This document shows positions 17,392 to 26,253 of a DNA stretch of 64,000 nucleotides, piece by piece. Below the pieces are notes generated by a model, which was not told where the DNA came from, did no database searches, and saw nothing but the letters and a program-made list of their open reading frames with translations. Within the stretch, counting starts at the first letter, position 1. The number at the start of each line of letters is the position of its first letter. Origin of the DNA: a virus; IMG/VR virus record IMGVR_UViG_3300028920_000005, positions 1 to 64,000 of that record. One strand, given 5' to 3'. A program made the translations under genes and the position numbers.

Positions 17392-17400
17392 TTTATATAT
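17392..17400 (+). promoter_or_regulatory. TATA-like box TTTATATAT upstream of the rightward late block
   Basis: Lies 18-26 nt upstream of the in-frame GTG at 17418. A hairpin CCCCTCC-N-GGAGGGG at about 17351-17370 precedes it. An archaeal-type or bacterial -10 reading cannot be distinguished. Confidence 0.35.
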
Positions 17401-17417
17401 TCAAAACGCGGATTGTA

Positions 17418-18098
17418 GTGTGTCGAATATGCCCTGGGAGGGAAAAGACCATTCCGTTGGAAGGCAATGATCTGAGGAAAGCAGAAGAGGAGCAGCAGGT
17501 GGAGGGGGAGAGGGTTGTTGCGGAGGAGAATTGTGCGTTGTGCAATCACCCCGATAGGAAGCATATTGAAGATGGGTTGGCGACCGGAGAGTTGAGGCGG
17601 AAGGCCGTGGCCGAAGATTTGGATATGTCGATGCAGGAGATGCATGACCATATGATGCATCATTTTACGAGGTTTGGTGTGAGGGATGAGAAAGGGGATG
17701 TTATTGGGGATCAGGCGCATGTGCCTAATGAGATCAGGAAGTTGTATAATAAGAAGGATATTCTGTTTAATTTGATGGTGGATTTGAAGGAGAGGTTGGA
17801 TTTATATTTTGCGAAGGATGAGTTTGATCCGTCTGAGACGACTGAGATTGTGCGGATGGTGGATGCGGTTAGGAAGTTGATTGATTCGTTGCATACGTTG
17901 GAGAAGGATCTCAAGTCTGAGAATGATTTGGTGTTGAAGAATTATGAGGACTTGAAGATGATTATTTTGAGTAAGCTTTGTGGGCCCTGCAGAGGGGCTG
18001 TGATGGAGGCCTTGGAGAAGGCGGAAGAGAATAACGAAAAGAAAGTGATCGCTGAGATAAAGGATGATGGCAGTATACCGATGCCCCAATGGAAGTGA
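17418..18098 (+). CDS. terS: terminase small subunit-like protein (zinc ribbon + HTH + coiled coil)
   Basis: The track ORF starts at 17301, but the first 39 codons run through the TATA box and hairpin. From GTG 17418 it reads MCRICPG...CALCNHPDRKHIEDGLATGELRRKAVAEDLDMSMQEMHDHMMHH. This is the CxxCxH-x-R-x2-I-x5-G-x3-R-x-A...H pattern common in phage small terminase/HTH proteins. Confidence 0.5.
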   Translation: MCRICPGREKTIPLEGNDLRKAEEEQQVEGERVVAEENCALCNHPDRKHIEDGLATGELRRKAVAEDLDMSMQEMHDHMMHHFTRFGVRDEKGDVIGDQAHVPNEIRKLYNKKDILFNLMVDLKERLDLYFAKDEFDPSETTEIVRMVDAVRKLIDSLHTLEKDLKSENDLVLKNYEDLKMIILSKLCGPCRGAVMEALEKAEENNEKKVIAEIKDDGSIPMPQWK

Positions 18099-18535
18099 AT
18101 GAAATGGCTGAAAGCAGTTATATAAATAGCGGTGATGTGATTTTGTCCCTGAGTGGGGCTGGTGCCGAGGATGTGGGAACGATTAAGCTCCCGTATGTGA
18201 ATCGGGTGTTCATGATGAAGAATGTGAGGGTTGTGAGGAAGACGCAGGCCGGGACTCCATATACTCCGAGCAGTCTGAAGCTTGAGCTGTGGAATAGAGA
18301 TCCCGCTCATGTGGATGCCGATCTGACGAATCTAATTTTGAGGAGGACTGGACTGGAGCCCGATACGGAGGAACTTATAATGAGTGAGACCGAAAGCACG
18401 TTGGGGGCGGTGATTTTTGAAAGTAATGATGATCCTAAGAGCGGGTTGCTATATGTGAAGGCGGTTCGAGCTGGAGGAGATGGGACTTCTGTTGAGACGA
18501 TTAAATTTCATGTAGATGCTGAAAGGAGGCTTTAA
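18089..18535 (+). CDS. hypothetical protein
   Basis: 148 aa (the start could be the ATG at 18104); no motif recognised. Confidence 0.45.
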   Translation: MEVNEMAESSYINSGDVILSLSGAGAEDVGTIKLPYVNRVFMMKNVRVVRKTQAGTPYTPSSLKLELWNRDPAHVDADLTNLILRRTGLEPDTEELIMSETESTLGAVIFESNDDPKSGLLYVKAVRAGGDGTSVETIKFHVDAERRL

Positions 18536-18536
18536 G

Positions 18537-20729
18537 ATGGCTGCTTCGAGTATTCCGACACAAGTTGTAACGACTGAGTTATCATCGACTACTATGGAGA
18601 ACAAATCGAGTGTGACTGGGACCACAGTTACTGATGCATTGAATTGGATCCTGTCTAATATGGTGAGTGGTCTTACATGTAAAGGCACATGGGATGCCAA
18701 TGCCAATAATCCTGTGCTTTCGAATAATGGCGGGGGCGGTGTGCAGGGTGATTTTTATATTGTTGGGACTGCTGGTTCGACTACGATAGATGGGGAGTCG
18801 GATTGGAAGATTGGGGACTGGATTTTGCAGGCCACTAACCTGTGGCATAAGATCGATAATACTGATATGGCTCATGACCTAGGTGGGGCGATGCATATTG
18901 CCGATACCCTGGCCAATCTGAACTTAAAGATTAGTGATGCTACGTTAGATGATTCGGGCGATCCGCGGACGCCGACTGGGCACAAGGCATCACATGAAGA
19001 TGGGGGCACTGATGAGATTTCTGTTGCCAATCTGAGTGGGCTTCTTGCTGATCCTCAAACACCTGCTTCACATGGGAGTGACCATGGTGATGGGACTGAT
19101 GCGATTGCGGCTGCAGTGCCTTCTGGCAAGTTTCTGAAAGATGATGGGACTTGGGATACTCCTGCTGGAGGTGGAGGTTCAGCTTTCACGATCGTCGATG
19201 CTGGCGGTGGTGGTGATTACACTACCATAGAGGCGGCGGCGGCGGCAGTGACTCATGGGACAATTTACGTGAGAGCTGGATTATATTCTCCGATTGCCAC
19301 AATAGTTCTTCAGCCAGGTGTCATTCTCATGGGTGAGAACTATGGCCCTGGTATTGGGAACGGTGTTATCATTGATGACACGCTTACTGGACCAGGTGCC
19401 CCACTCGTAACATTCACAGGTGGAGCTCCACCTGTCGTTGGATCATATTTGGTAAAGTATTTCATCTTTTCACTGAGCAATGACGGCATTGGTGTGCTTA
19501 TCAATGACAGTTACGTTGAGGTTTCGAACTGTAGGTTCGCCAATGCCCTTGGTCCAGGCAATTCTTCAATAGGTATTCAGGTTGTTGGTGGGTCTTTGTC
19601 AATTGAAGGACTGGTATCACGTTGTACCTTCGACGCTGTTGAATTTGGAATTGAGGGTATTAATATTAGAGCCAGCGATGCAAGATTCAAAGTAGAGTTG
19701 TGTACTTTCGCTGGTTGCAATTCATACGGAATCACATGGACTGTATTTGGTCCTGATGTATATACAACAATTGATGTCACAAGTTCTGATTTCCTACAGT
19801 GTGTAACTGGTATATATACCGATGCACATTTGCAGGCAGATCAACTCACTTTTGATTTTTGTCAAACTGGCATTGAGGTGGATCACACAATTCATGCTTA
19901 TGCATATAACTGTCCGCCTTTGATATCAAATGTCAAACAGGTGAATTGTGATACTGTTGGGATACTCCTGACAAAGACTGATGGTGCAACTATTGATGGC
20001 CATTCGACAACACAGTGTAATGGCAATCCTTTGCATGTTGTGGAAAGTGAGCATTTCAGCATTGAAGGTTGTCATACGAACTTCAATCAGAGAGTCTGGA
20101 TTGATTTTTCTGGAGAAGGGTATCTCCAATTGTCACTTGACAAAGCAAACTGTGATGGTTTGTCATGTGATAACAGTTATTCTCTCACAGTTGATCTATA
20201 CGCCAAATGTTCAAGTAGTGGTGGTGTACCACTGGTACTTGAATCTACCATCTTGAGTGTATTCACAGGTCATGTGGTAGCTTATGCTACAGGTAAAGCC
20301 GCAATCGAGTTGGTTCAGGACTGTTCGAGGAATAGTTTTGACATGACTGCCGATTCAAAAGCTGGTATTTGTGTAGATATCGGAACATCTGACCCAGGGA
20401 ATTATAGCAACACATTCCGTGGTTTTTATACTGGCTCTGTCAAAGCATTCAATATACCAGTAAACAACGACAAGAACATCATAAGCGGTGCTACTGCGAA
20501 ATCATCTTCAACTCCAGCTATTGATTTGGATTCAGATAACAATGTGATAACCGGAGCATATGTTGAAGATGTTGCTGGAGTAACTGCTTTGGATGTCTCT
20601 GGAAACAACAATTCAATAGGCAGCAGTACATTTGATGCCGCTGCTTCTGGAACTGAAGTGGTTGATACTGGCGCAGGGAACGGACTCGGTGCTGGTGGGA
20701 ATATATCGACCCATAACAAGATACTGTGA
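18537..20729 (+). CDS. tail fibre / receptor-binding protein with right-handed parallel beta-helix
   Basis: The ATG at 18537 follows AAGGAGG. GTWDANANNPVLSNNGGGGVQGDFYIV...GDWIL...WHKID and HKASHEDGGTDEISVANLSGLL / SHGSDHGDGTDAI are motifs recurrent in phage fibres. They are followed by many Gly/Asn/Ile-rich beta-helix-like repeats. Confidence 0.65.
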   Translation: MAASSIPTQVVTTELSSTTMENKSSVTGTTVTDALNWILSNMVSGLTCKGTWDANANNPVLSNNGGGGVQGDFYIVGTAGSTTIDGESDWKIGDWILQATNLWHKIDNTDMAHDLGGAMHIADTLANLNLKISDATLDDSGDPRTPTGHKASHEDGGTDEISVANLSGLLADPQTPASHGSDHGDGTDAIAAAVPSGKFLKDDGTWDTPAGGGGSAFTIVDAGGGGDYTTIEAAAAAVTHGTIYVRAGLYSPIATIVLQPGVILMGENYGPGIGNGVIIDDTLTGPGAPLVTFTGGAPPVVGSYLVKYFIFSLSNDGIGVLINDSYVEVSNCRFANALGPGNSSIGIQVVGGSLSIEGLVSRCTFDAVEFGIEGINIRASDARFKVELCTFAGCNSYGITWTVFGPDVYTTIDVTSSDFLQCVTGIYTDAHLQADQLTFDFCQTGIEVDHTIHAYAYNCPPLISNVKQVNCDTVGILLTKTDGATIDGHSTTQCNGNPLHVVESEHFSIEGCHTNFNQRVWIDFSGEGYLQLSLDKANCDGLSCDNSYSLTVDLYAKCSSSGGVPLVLESTILSVFTGHVVAYATGKAAIELVQDCSRNSFDMTADSKAGICVDIGTSDPGNYSNTFRGFYTGSVKAFNIPVNNDKNIISGATAKSSSTPAIDLDSDNNVITGAYVEDVAGVTALDVSGNNNSIGSSTFDAAASGTEVVDTGAGNGLGAGGNISTHNKIL

Positions 20730-20739
20730 GGTGATCTGA

Positions 20740-21009
20740 ATGGCTAAAAAGAAGGATTCTGCGAAACCTGATCTCAAGGAGATTCAAAAGAAGATAGCTG
20801 ATAGTGATGCGAAGATCAGAAAGGATAGATCGGAGGCTTCAAAGAAGAGGCGTGTTGCTGCAGTTGAGTCTGGTATCAGTGAATATAATGCCATGCTTGA
20901 GATAGAGGAGAAAAGGCTCAAGAACGATAATCTCAGCGATCTTGACAAAAATGCTATTCAGAAGGATATAAATCGTATAAAGAAGAAACTTGAACGCCTG
21001 ACCAAGTGA
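20740..21009 (+). CDS. coiled-coil small protein
   Basis: 89 aa, K/E-rich heptad-like. Confidence 0.45.
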   Translation: MAKKKDSAKPDLKEIQKKIADSDAKIRKDRSEASKKRRVAAVESGISEYNAMLEIEEKRLKNDNLSDLDKNAIQKDINRIKKKLERLTK

Positions 21010-21022
21010 TGGGGTGGAATAG

Positions 21023-21220
21023 ATGAGTGACCGTGACACTGTGATGTCCGAGACATTAAAACAAAAGAATACAGAGGTTGCCGCTCTGAGATCACAGTGC
21101 ACGGGATACATACTTCGGGTGGGTGATTTGGAGGGTGGGGTTACTCAGGCAATTGAGTTAATTGATGAGGGGGAGTATGCTGAGGCGAAGGCGACGTTAG
21201 AAGCTCTTCTGGGGGAGTGA
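21023..21220 (+). CDS. hypothetical small protein
   Basis: 65 aa, tightly packed. Confidence 0.4.
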   Translation: MSDRDTVMSETLKQKNTEVAALRSQCTGYILRVGDLEGGVTQAIELIDEGEYAEAKATLEALLGE

Positions 21221-21221
21221 G

Positions 21222-22670
21222 ATGGCAACTTATACGTCAGCAGTCGTTGATGGACTGTGGAGTAATTCTAATAGTTGGAGTCCAGTGGCGCCTGCCGGTG
21301 GGCCGTCGAAATTTGATGATGTGATTCTGACCGGTGGGAATCATATTATTGTGGATGTTGACATTGAGATTGGGCCCGATAATGGGGATCCGGCAATTCA
21401 GATTCAGGCCAATACTATATTGAAGCAGAACTCTGGTACGACCATCGAGTTATATGGTGCCATGATATTGGAACAGAGCGGCAGGTTCCAAGGGTATGGC
21501 GGAGTTGGTGCGCCTTGTGTTGTTGATCAGAAAACTTTAGGAGCTTATATTTTTCATTATAAGCTCGTTGGTGGAAGTGTTAGTGCGGGTGTTCATTTTA
21601 AGGGCGCAAGCACTTTGGCGGGTGATAGGAATATTATCCGTGGCGATGATGTTGGTATGGTATTTTATAGTCAGCAGGCGCGGTATGCGTATGCCGAGAT
21701 GGAGTATGTTGATGTGGAGCCGACGGCACTTACGCAATCTATAGGGCATTATTCGACTACTAACTCAAGGATTCATACCAAGTTCACTGATGTTGATTTT
21801 AAGACTACGCCCAGTGGAAGCGGTTATGTTGATAGTGCTAATGTTAAAAGTTTCAATGTGTTTGAATGGGAGGATGTGATTTTTCCTAGCACGAACTCAG
21901 CTCTATATATTGCGTTAGGTGTAAAGACAACATCAGGGACGATTGTTAATAGTGAATTTACGAATAATCATGCAACGTCAAGTACTTTATATTTGTCACA
22001 GAATGCCAATACTTTGATAATGAGAGATTGTATCATTCGGAATTTGGGTATTGGTCCTGCGTTTACTCCATCGACAGATGGTGGTGTTAGCCAAGATACT
22101 ATTCAGAAGTTTTATGGTTGTGAATATTATAGTGGTGGGCCGTATCTTTGGGATTTGGATAAGGCGTCTGTTATACTTCACGATTATGGTAGTGTGTTGA
22201 AGTTATCTGATATTAATCAAGGAACTATGTCCAATTGTATGTATAGTTTGTTTAAGAAGAAGGCCCCCACGATCCTAGACGCTGGCGGTGCGCCGGTTGA
22301 GAATGTGAGTTTGTTTTTGAGATCAGGTAACGTTGATCCTGCGACAAGTCAGCCATATTCTTCGACGTCGGATGTAAGTGACAGTAATGGGGAGCCCAAT
22401 GATGATATGTATGTTGGTTGGGTTCAGTTGACGGGTGCTGGTGAAGTGTATATGAGTGATGGGGTTAATAAGCCGCAATTGGTTTTAAGTAGGGATCCTT
22501 ATGATCAGTGGTCGTTGAATAATGTCGATTACAGTTCGATGGGGTCGCCGATATTGTTAGAGCCTGATGAGGATGAGACTTTTTTTGTTTATCTCAAAGA
22601 TGTGGCACAGCCGGTACCCGTGCAGCCGAGATTCATAACGCCGTTTAGGGTGCGTACGGAGGTAAGGTGA
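21222..22670 (+). CDS. beta-helix-like fibre/depolymerase-like protein
   Basis: 482 aa. N-terminal GLWSNSNSWSP...DDVILTGGNHIIVDVD resembles the start of parallel beta-helix proteins. Confidence 0.45.
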   Translation: MATYTSAVVDGLWSNSNSWSPVAPAGGPSKFDDVILTGGNHIIVDVDIEIGPDNGDPAIQIQANTILKQNSGTTIELYGAMILEQSGRFQGYGGVGAPCVVDQKTLGAYIFHYKLVGGSVSAGVHFKGASTLAGDRNIIRGDDVGMVFYSQQARYAYAEMEYVDVEPTALTQSIGHYSTTNSRIHTKFTDVDFKTTPSGSGYVDSANVKSFNVFEWEDVIFPSTNSALYIALGVKTTSGTIVNSEFTNNHATSSTLYLSQNANTLIMRDCIIRNLGIGPAFTPSTDGGVSQDTIQKFYGCEYYSGGPYLWDLDKASVILHDYGSVLKLSDINQGTMSNCMYSLFKKKAPTILDAGGAPVENVSLFLRSGNVDPATSQPYSSTSDVSDSNGEPNDDMYVGWVQLTGAGEVYMSDGVNKPQLVLSRDPYDQWSLNNVDYSSMGSPILLEPDEDETFFVYLKDVAQPVPVQPRFITPFRVRTEVR

Positions 22671-23270
22671 ATGGACAGAATTGTTGTGGTGCAGGGTGAT
22701 ACGCCTGTATTTGAATTTACGATCCTTGACGCAAACGATAAGCCACTGGACTTGGGCCTCGTGTCCACGATAATTTTTAAGATGGCGAGGGTGGGAGAAG
22801 AGGATGGGCATGTGGCGGAAGTCTGTAGTATTTCTAATGTGCCCGGGACTGATGGAAAGTGTTACATAGGTCTGACGGCGGCGCAAACTGAAGATGATGG
22901 GGAGTATTTGGCCGAGGTAGAAATTCATATGAATACGGGCGAGATCCTTAGTCCGTTGCAGTTTACCGTTGGCATTGTGAATGAGGTCGATGAACCTAAA
23001 CTTGATACACCTGTTGTTGTGGATTTGGTTACGCCTAATGTGACTGGCGATTATCAGGTGGCATGGTCTACTGTTGATGATGCAACGAGTTATGTGTTGG
23101 AAGAAGATGATGGTACGGGGTGGTCGACAGTGTACAGCGGCCCCAACACATATTATGATGTGACTGGGAATACTGATGGCAGTTATTTTTATAGGGTTAC
23201 TGCGACAGCATCATATCATAAGAATTCGGACGTAAGCGATGTTGTAGGAATAACGGTGGATATTCCGTGA
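22671..23270 (+). CDS. Ig-like / fibronectin type III-like domain protein
   Basis: 199 aa. The N-terminal domain resembles 35072..35482. The C-terminal YQVAWSTVDDATSYVLEEDDGTGWSTVYSGPNTYYDVTGNTDGSYFYRVTA is FN3-like. Confidence 0.5.
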   Translation: MDRIVVVQGDTPVFEFTILDANDKPLDLGLVSTIIFKMARVGEEDGHVAEVCSISNVPGTDGKCYIGLTAAQTEDDGEYLAEVEIHMNTGEILSPLQFTVGIVNEVDEPKLDTPVVVDLVTPNVTGDYQVAWSTVDDATSYVLEEDDGTGWSTVYSGPNTYYDVTGNTDGSYFYRVTATASYHKNSDVSDVVGITVDIP

Positions 23271-24799
23271 ACTTGATTGGGCAATTAAGGAATGAATTAG
23301 AAGCAATGGAAGATGTTGTAGTATATACTCGGCAGATTTTGGGCATCGATTGGTTGTTTGAAAGACAGTGGAAAGTGCTTAAAGAGTTTTATAATAAGAG
23401 TCCAGATACAGGCCGAATGATTTTTAAAGATATGGTTTTATGTTGGGGGATGCGTAGTGGTAAGACAACGGAAGCTTCGATTATCGCCACATATGAGGGA
23501 TTTAAGCTTATACAAATGGGCACACCTTGTGCACATTATGGGTTACCGGCAGGGACAGAGATTTTCATCATCAATGTGGCTACTTCTGACAGGCAGGCGA
23601 AAGACACTGTGTTTGCACATATTAAAGCGAGATTCGAATATTCCAGATGGTGGAAGAACCAGAAAAAGATTGAAAGACATAACGAAATTGTCTTTCCCGT
23701 TCAGGATGGGAAGATTATATTTAGAAGTGAACATTCAAACTCTGCGTCGTTAGCGGGGAAGAATGTGATTTGTAGCGTTTTCGATGAGATGGCAAGATTC
23801 AAGCAAACTGGTGGAGTGGCTAGCGCCGAGATGGTGTATGATACCTTATCTCGTGGTGCGAAGACATTTAAGAAGGATGGTAAGCGGATTGCGATAAGTA
23901 GTCCTGTGTTGGTGGATGATTTCTTTTATGGCGAATTATATATGAAGGGCAAGAATGAACCTCAAGTTTATGTTGATCATGGTGCAACGTGGGAAGTTAA
24001 TGATACAATTGGAATGGAGGATCTTGAAGATGAATTCAGAAGGAACCCTGAGACAGCTATGCGAGACTATGGTGCAATCCCAAGTCATGCCATTGAGCGG
24101 TACTTTAGAGAATTTAATCGTATAGAGTTGTTGGAGAGAGGTACTCCGAATCCTAGAGTGACATTTGCGGAGCACAAGTTAGAGGATAATAGTATTGAGA
24201 TGTTGTGTGATATTAAGAATGTTGATGGGACGGATTGGAAAGGACAGCAAGGCATAATATATCATTCGGCCGGAGATCCTGCTGTGAAGAATGATGTATT
24301 TGGCTTTGCGTTAGGGCATAAGAGTCCAACTGGTATGCTCATGTGTGATTTGATATTTACGTTTGGGCATGATGATATGGGTAAGGATAACGATGGTAAG
24401 CAGATTAAAGAAGTTGATGCGAGGAAGGTTAAGGCCCTGGTGTTGGAGCTGAGGAAGAGATGTTTGTTGGCATGTTTTGTTACAGATATCTGGAACTTTC
24501 CTGAGACACTCCAGGAGATTAGGCGAAACGGAATTGAGGTAAGGCAAAATACTGTTGGCAAAAGGGAGTATGACCATTTCAAGGAGAAAGGGTATTTGGG
24601 AGAAGTGGATTTGCCGACTAATGCTTTGGTCTTGCATGAATTTGAGAATTTGGAAGTAATCAATCAGACGAAGGTCGAGCATCCGAGGACTGGGAGCAAG
24701 GACACTTCAGATGCGGTCGTGAACATGTTTTATAGCTTCCAGGAAAAGAGTAAGGCAATACGTGAGGAACCCGTAGCAGTATCTGTAGTGGTGGTATAA
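23267..24799 (+). CDS. terL: terminase large subunit
   Basis: 510 aa. Walker A CWGMRSGKTTEAS, Walker B VICSVFDEMARF, and a C-terminal nuclease-like block HSAGDPAVKNDVFGFALGH. Confidence 0.85.
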   Translation: MNLIGQLRNELEAMEDVVVYTRQILGIDWLFERQWKVLKEFYNKSPDTGRMIFKDMVLCWGMRSGKTTEASIIATYEGFKLIQMGTPCAHYGLPAGTEIFIINVATSDRQAKDTVFAHIKARFEYSRWWKNQKKIERHNEIVFPVQDGKIIFRSEHSNSASLAGKNVICSVFDEMARFKQTGGVASAEMVYDTLSRGAKTFKKDGKRIAISSPVLVDDFFYGELYMKGKNEPQVYVDHGATWEVNDTIGMEDLEDEFRRNPETAMRDYGAIPSHAIERYFREFNRIELLERGTPNPRVTFAEHKLEDNSIEMLCDIKNVDGTDWKGQQGIIYHSAGDPAVKNDVFGFALGHKSPTGMLMCDLIFTFGHDDMGKDNDGKQIKEVDARKVKALVLELRKRCLLACFVTDIWNFPETLQEIRRNGIEVRQNTVGKREYDHFKEKGYLGEVDLPTNALVLHEFENLEVINQTKVEHPRTGSKDTSDAVVNMFYSFQEKSKAIREEPVAVSVVVV

Positions 24800-26188
24800 A
24801 TGGGCATGTTTTCGAGAAAAGAGAAAGGCACAGAGGACAGCGAAATAATGCCTATGGGTAAGGCAATTAAAGAGGTGGGGCTTAGCGCAGGTGGGTCTGT
24901 GAATTGGGATTTCGAATCAATGTTCACGGACGGCGCTGGATGGCCACATGGTATTCACGATGAGATGGATGCGTACAAGAAGGTGGGGTTGGTAAGGACA
25001 TGTATTAATGTGAGAAGTTATTATACTCGCCGAGATGGGTATGAGGTGAAGGTTGAGCCTTATGATGCAGAGTTGAAGTCGTTTATAGATGATATGAATT
25101 TTAAGGTGAATTTGGGTAGGACGTCTGACGTATCTTTGACTAAGCGGCAGATCTTTGGCCGATGCGGTTGGGAGATTGTTTGGGGTGAGGTGGTTGTTGA
25201 TGGGCAGACGGTTAGGGGCATCGATTCGTTGTTGCAGTTGAAGAGTAAGGCGATTAAGCCGAAGTTCGATGATAATGAGCCCCAGAAGTTACTTTATTAT
25301 GATTATGCTGAAGCGACAAATGGAAGGTTGGATCCGAGGCAGGCTTTATACTTTGAGTTAGATTCACTGGATAGGGACAAAGTGGGTATATCAGGGGTGG
25401 ATAGCGTTAAGGATAGTGTGAATGCGAGGGTGAATTTGAATAGGGACCTGTTGGAAAGTTCTAAGAGGCTTTGGGCGCCGTTCGGGATGTTTAAGATGAA
25501 TACGGAGCAGTGGTTGGATCCTGCTGTGAAGAAGACAAAGATGGAGGAGTTTGCCAGGAGTATAATTCCTGGGAGGACTATTGTTTATAATACGGCAATT
25601 GAGGATAGCAAAGTTGTGGATCTTCAGCCGAATTTGATAAACTTGATTAGGTCGCTTGAGAAGGTGGATGAGGACATTATGGGCTTTTGGATGATACCAA
25701 AGGAGATACTTGCTAGGGGCAAAACTGTTAATAAAGCGACATTGACTGATGCCATGGAGGCCCTGTATGTTGGTCCCGTGAATGCGGATCAGTCGTACAT
25801 GAAGGAAGAGTTGGAGAAGCAGTGGTATCCTAAATTGGTTGCTATCTGGAAGCAAGCACACCCTGATAAGGCCAATAAGGTTTACAAGGTTCAGCATATA
25901 TGGAAGACGCAGAGATTCTTGGATCCGGCGCTAGTGAGGGCGTTTGCCTATGCGGTCAGAAATAAGGTCATGACGAGTAAGGCCTTTTTCGAGATTCTCC
26001 ATATCCCGATTGAAGAGGGATATATCCCTGAGACTGCGGCAGCACCAACTAAGGCGCAGCAGGCTAAGGGCGAATTGGAGGCGTTGATAGAGGAGGCTGT
26101 GGAGTTGGAATGGGGGGATTTGGCCGCGGCACAAAACAATACGCCTTCGTTGGGTGTGGAGGATGGAGCTAATGTGGAGGAAATTTAG
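24800..26188 (+). CDS. portal protein
   Basis: 462 aa, immediately downstream of TerL (stop/start abut). Size and position are typical. No specific motif verified. Confidence 0.6.
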   Translation: MGMFSRKEKGTEDSEIMPMGKAIKEVGLSAGGSVNWDFESMFTDGAGWPHGIHDEMDAYKKVGLVRTCINVRSYYTRRDGYEVKVEPYDAELKSFIDDMNFKVNLGRTSDVSLTKRQIFGRCGWEIVWGEVVVDGQTVRGIDSLLQLKSKAIKPKFDDNEPQKLLYYDYAEATNGRLDPRQALYFELDSLDRDKVGISGVDSVKDSVNARVNLNRDLLESSKRLWAPFGMFKMNTEQWLDPAVKKTKMEEFARSIIPGRTIVYNTAIEDSKVVDLQPNLINLIRSLEKVDEDIMGFWMIPKEILARGKTVNKATLTDAMEALYVGPVNADQSYMKEELEKQWYPKLVAIWKQAHPDKANKVYKVQHIWKTQRFLDPALVRAFAYAVRNKVMTSKAFFEILHIPIEEGYIPETAAAPTKAQQAKGELEALIEEAVELEWGDLAAAQNNTPSLGVEDGANVEEI

Positions 26189-26253
26189 TGAATTTGCTTA
26201 GCCATGGGGTTGGTGTAAACTTAACTGTATTGGAAGTTATGGAGGAATAAGAT

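Noticed and set aside
17301-17417. The upstream 39 codons of the track ORF 17301..18098
   Set aside because: They run through a hairpin and a TATA-like box and encode hydrophobic low-complexity sequence. The zinc-ribbon/HTH protein begins naturally at GTG 17418.
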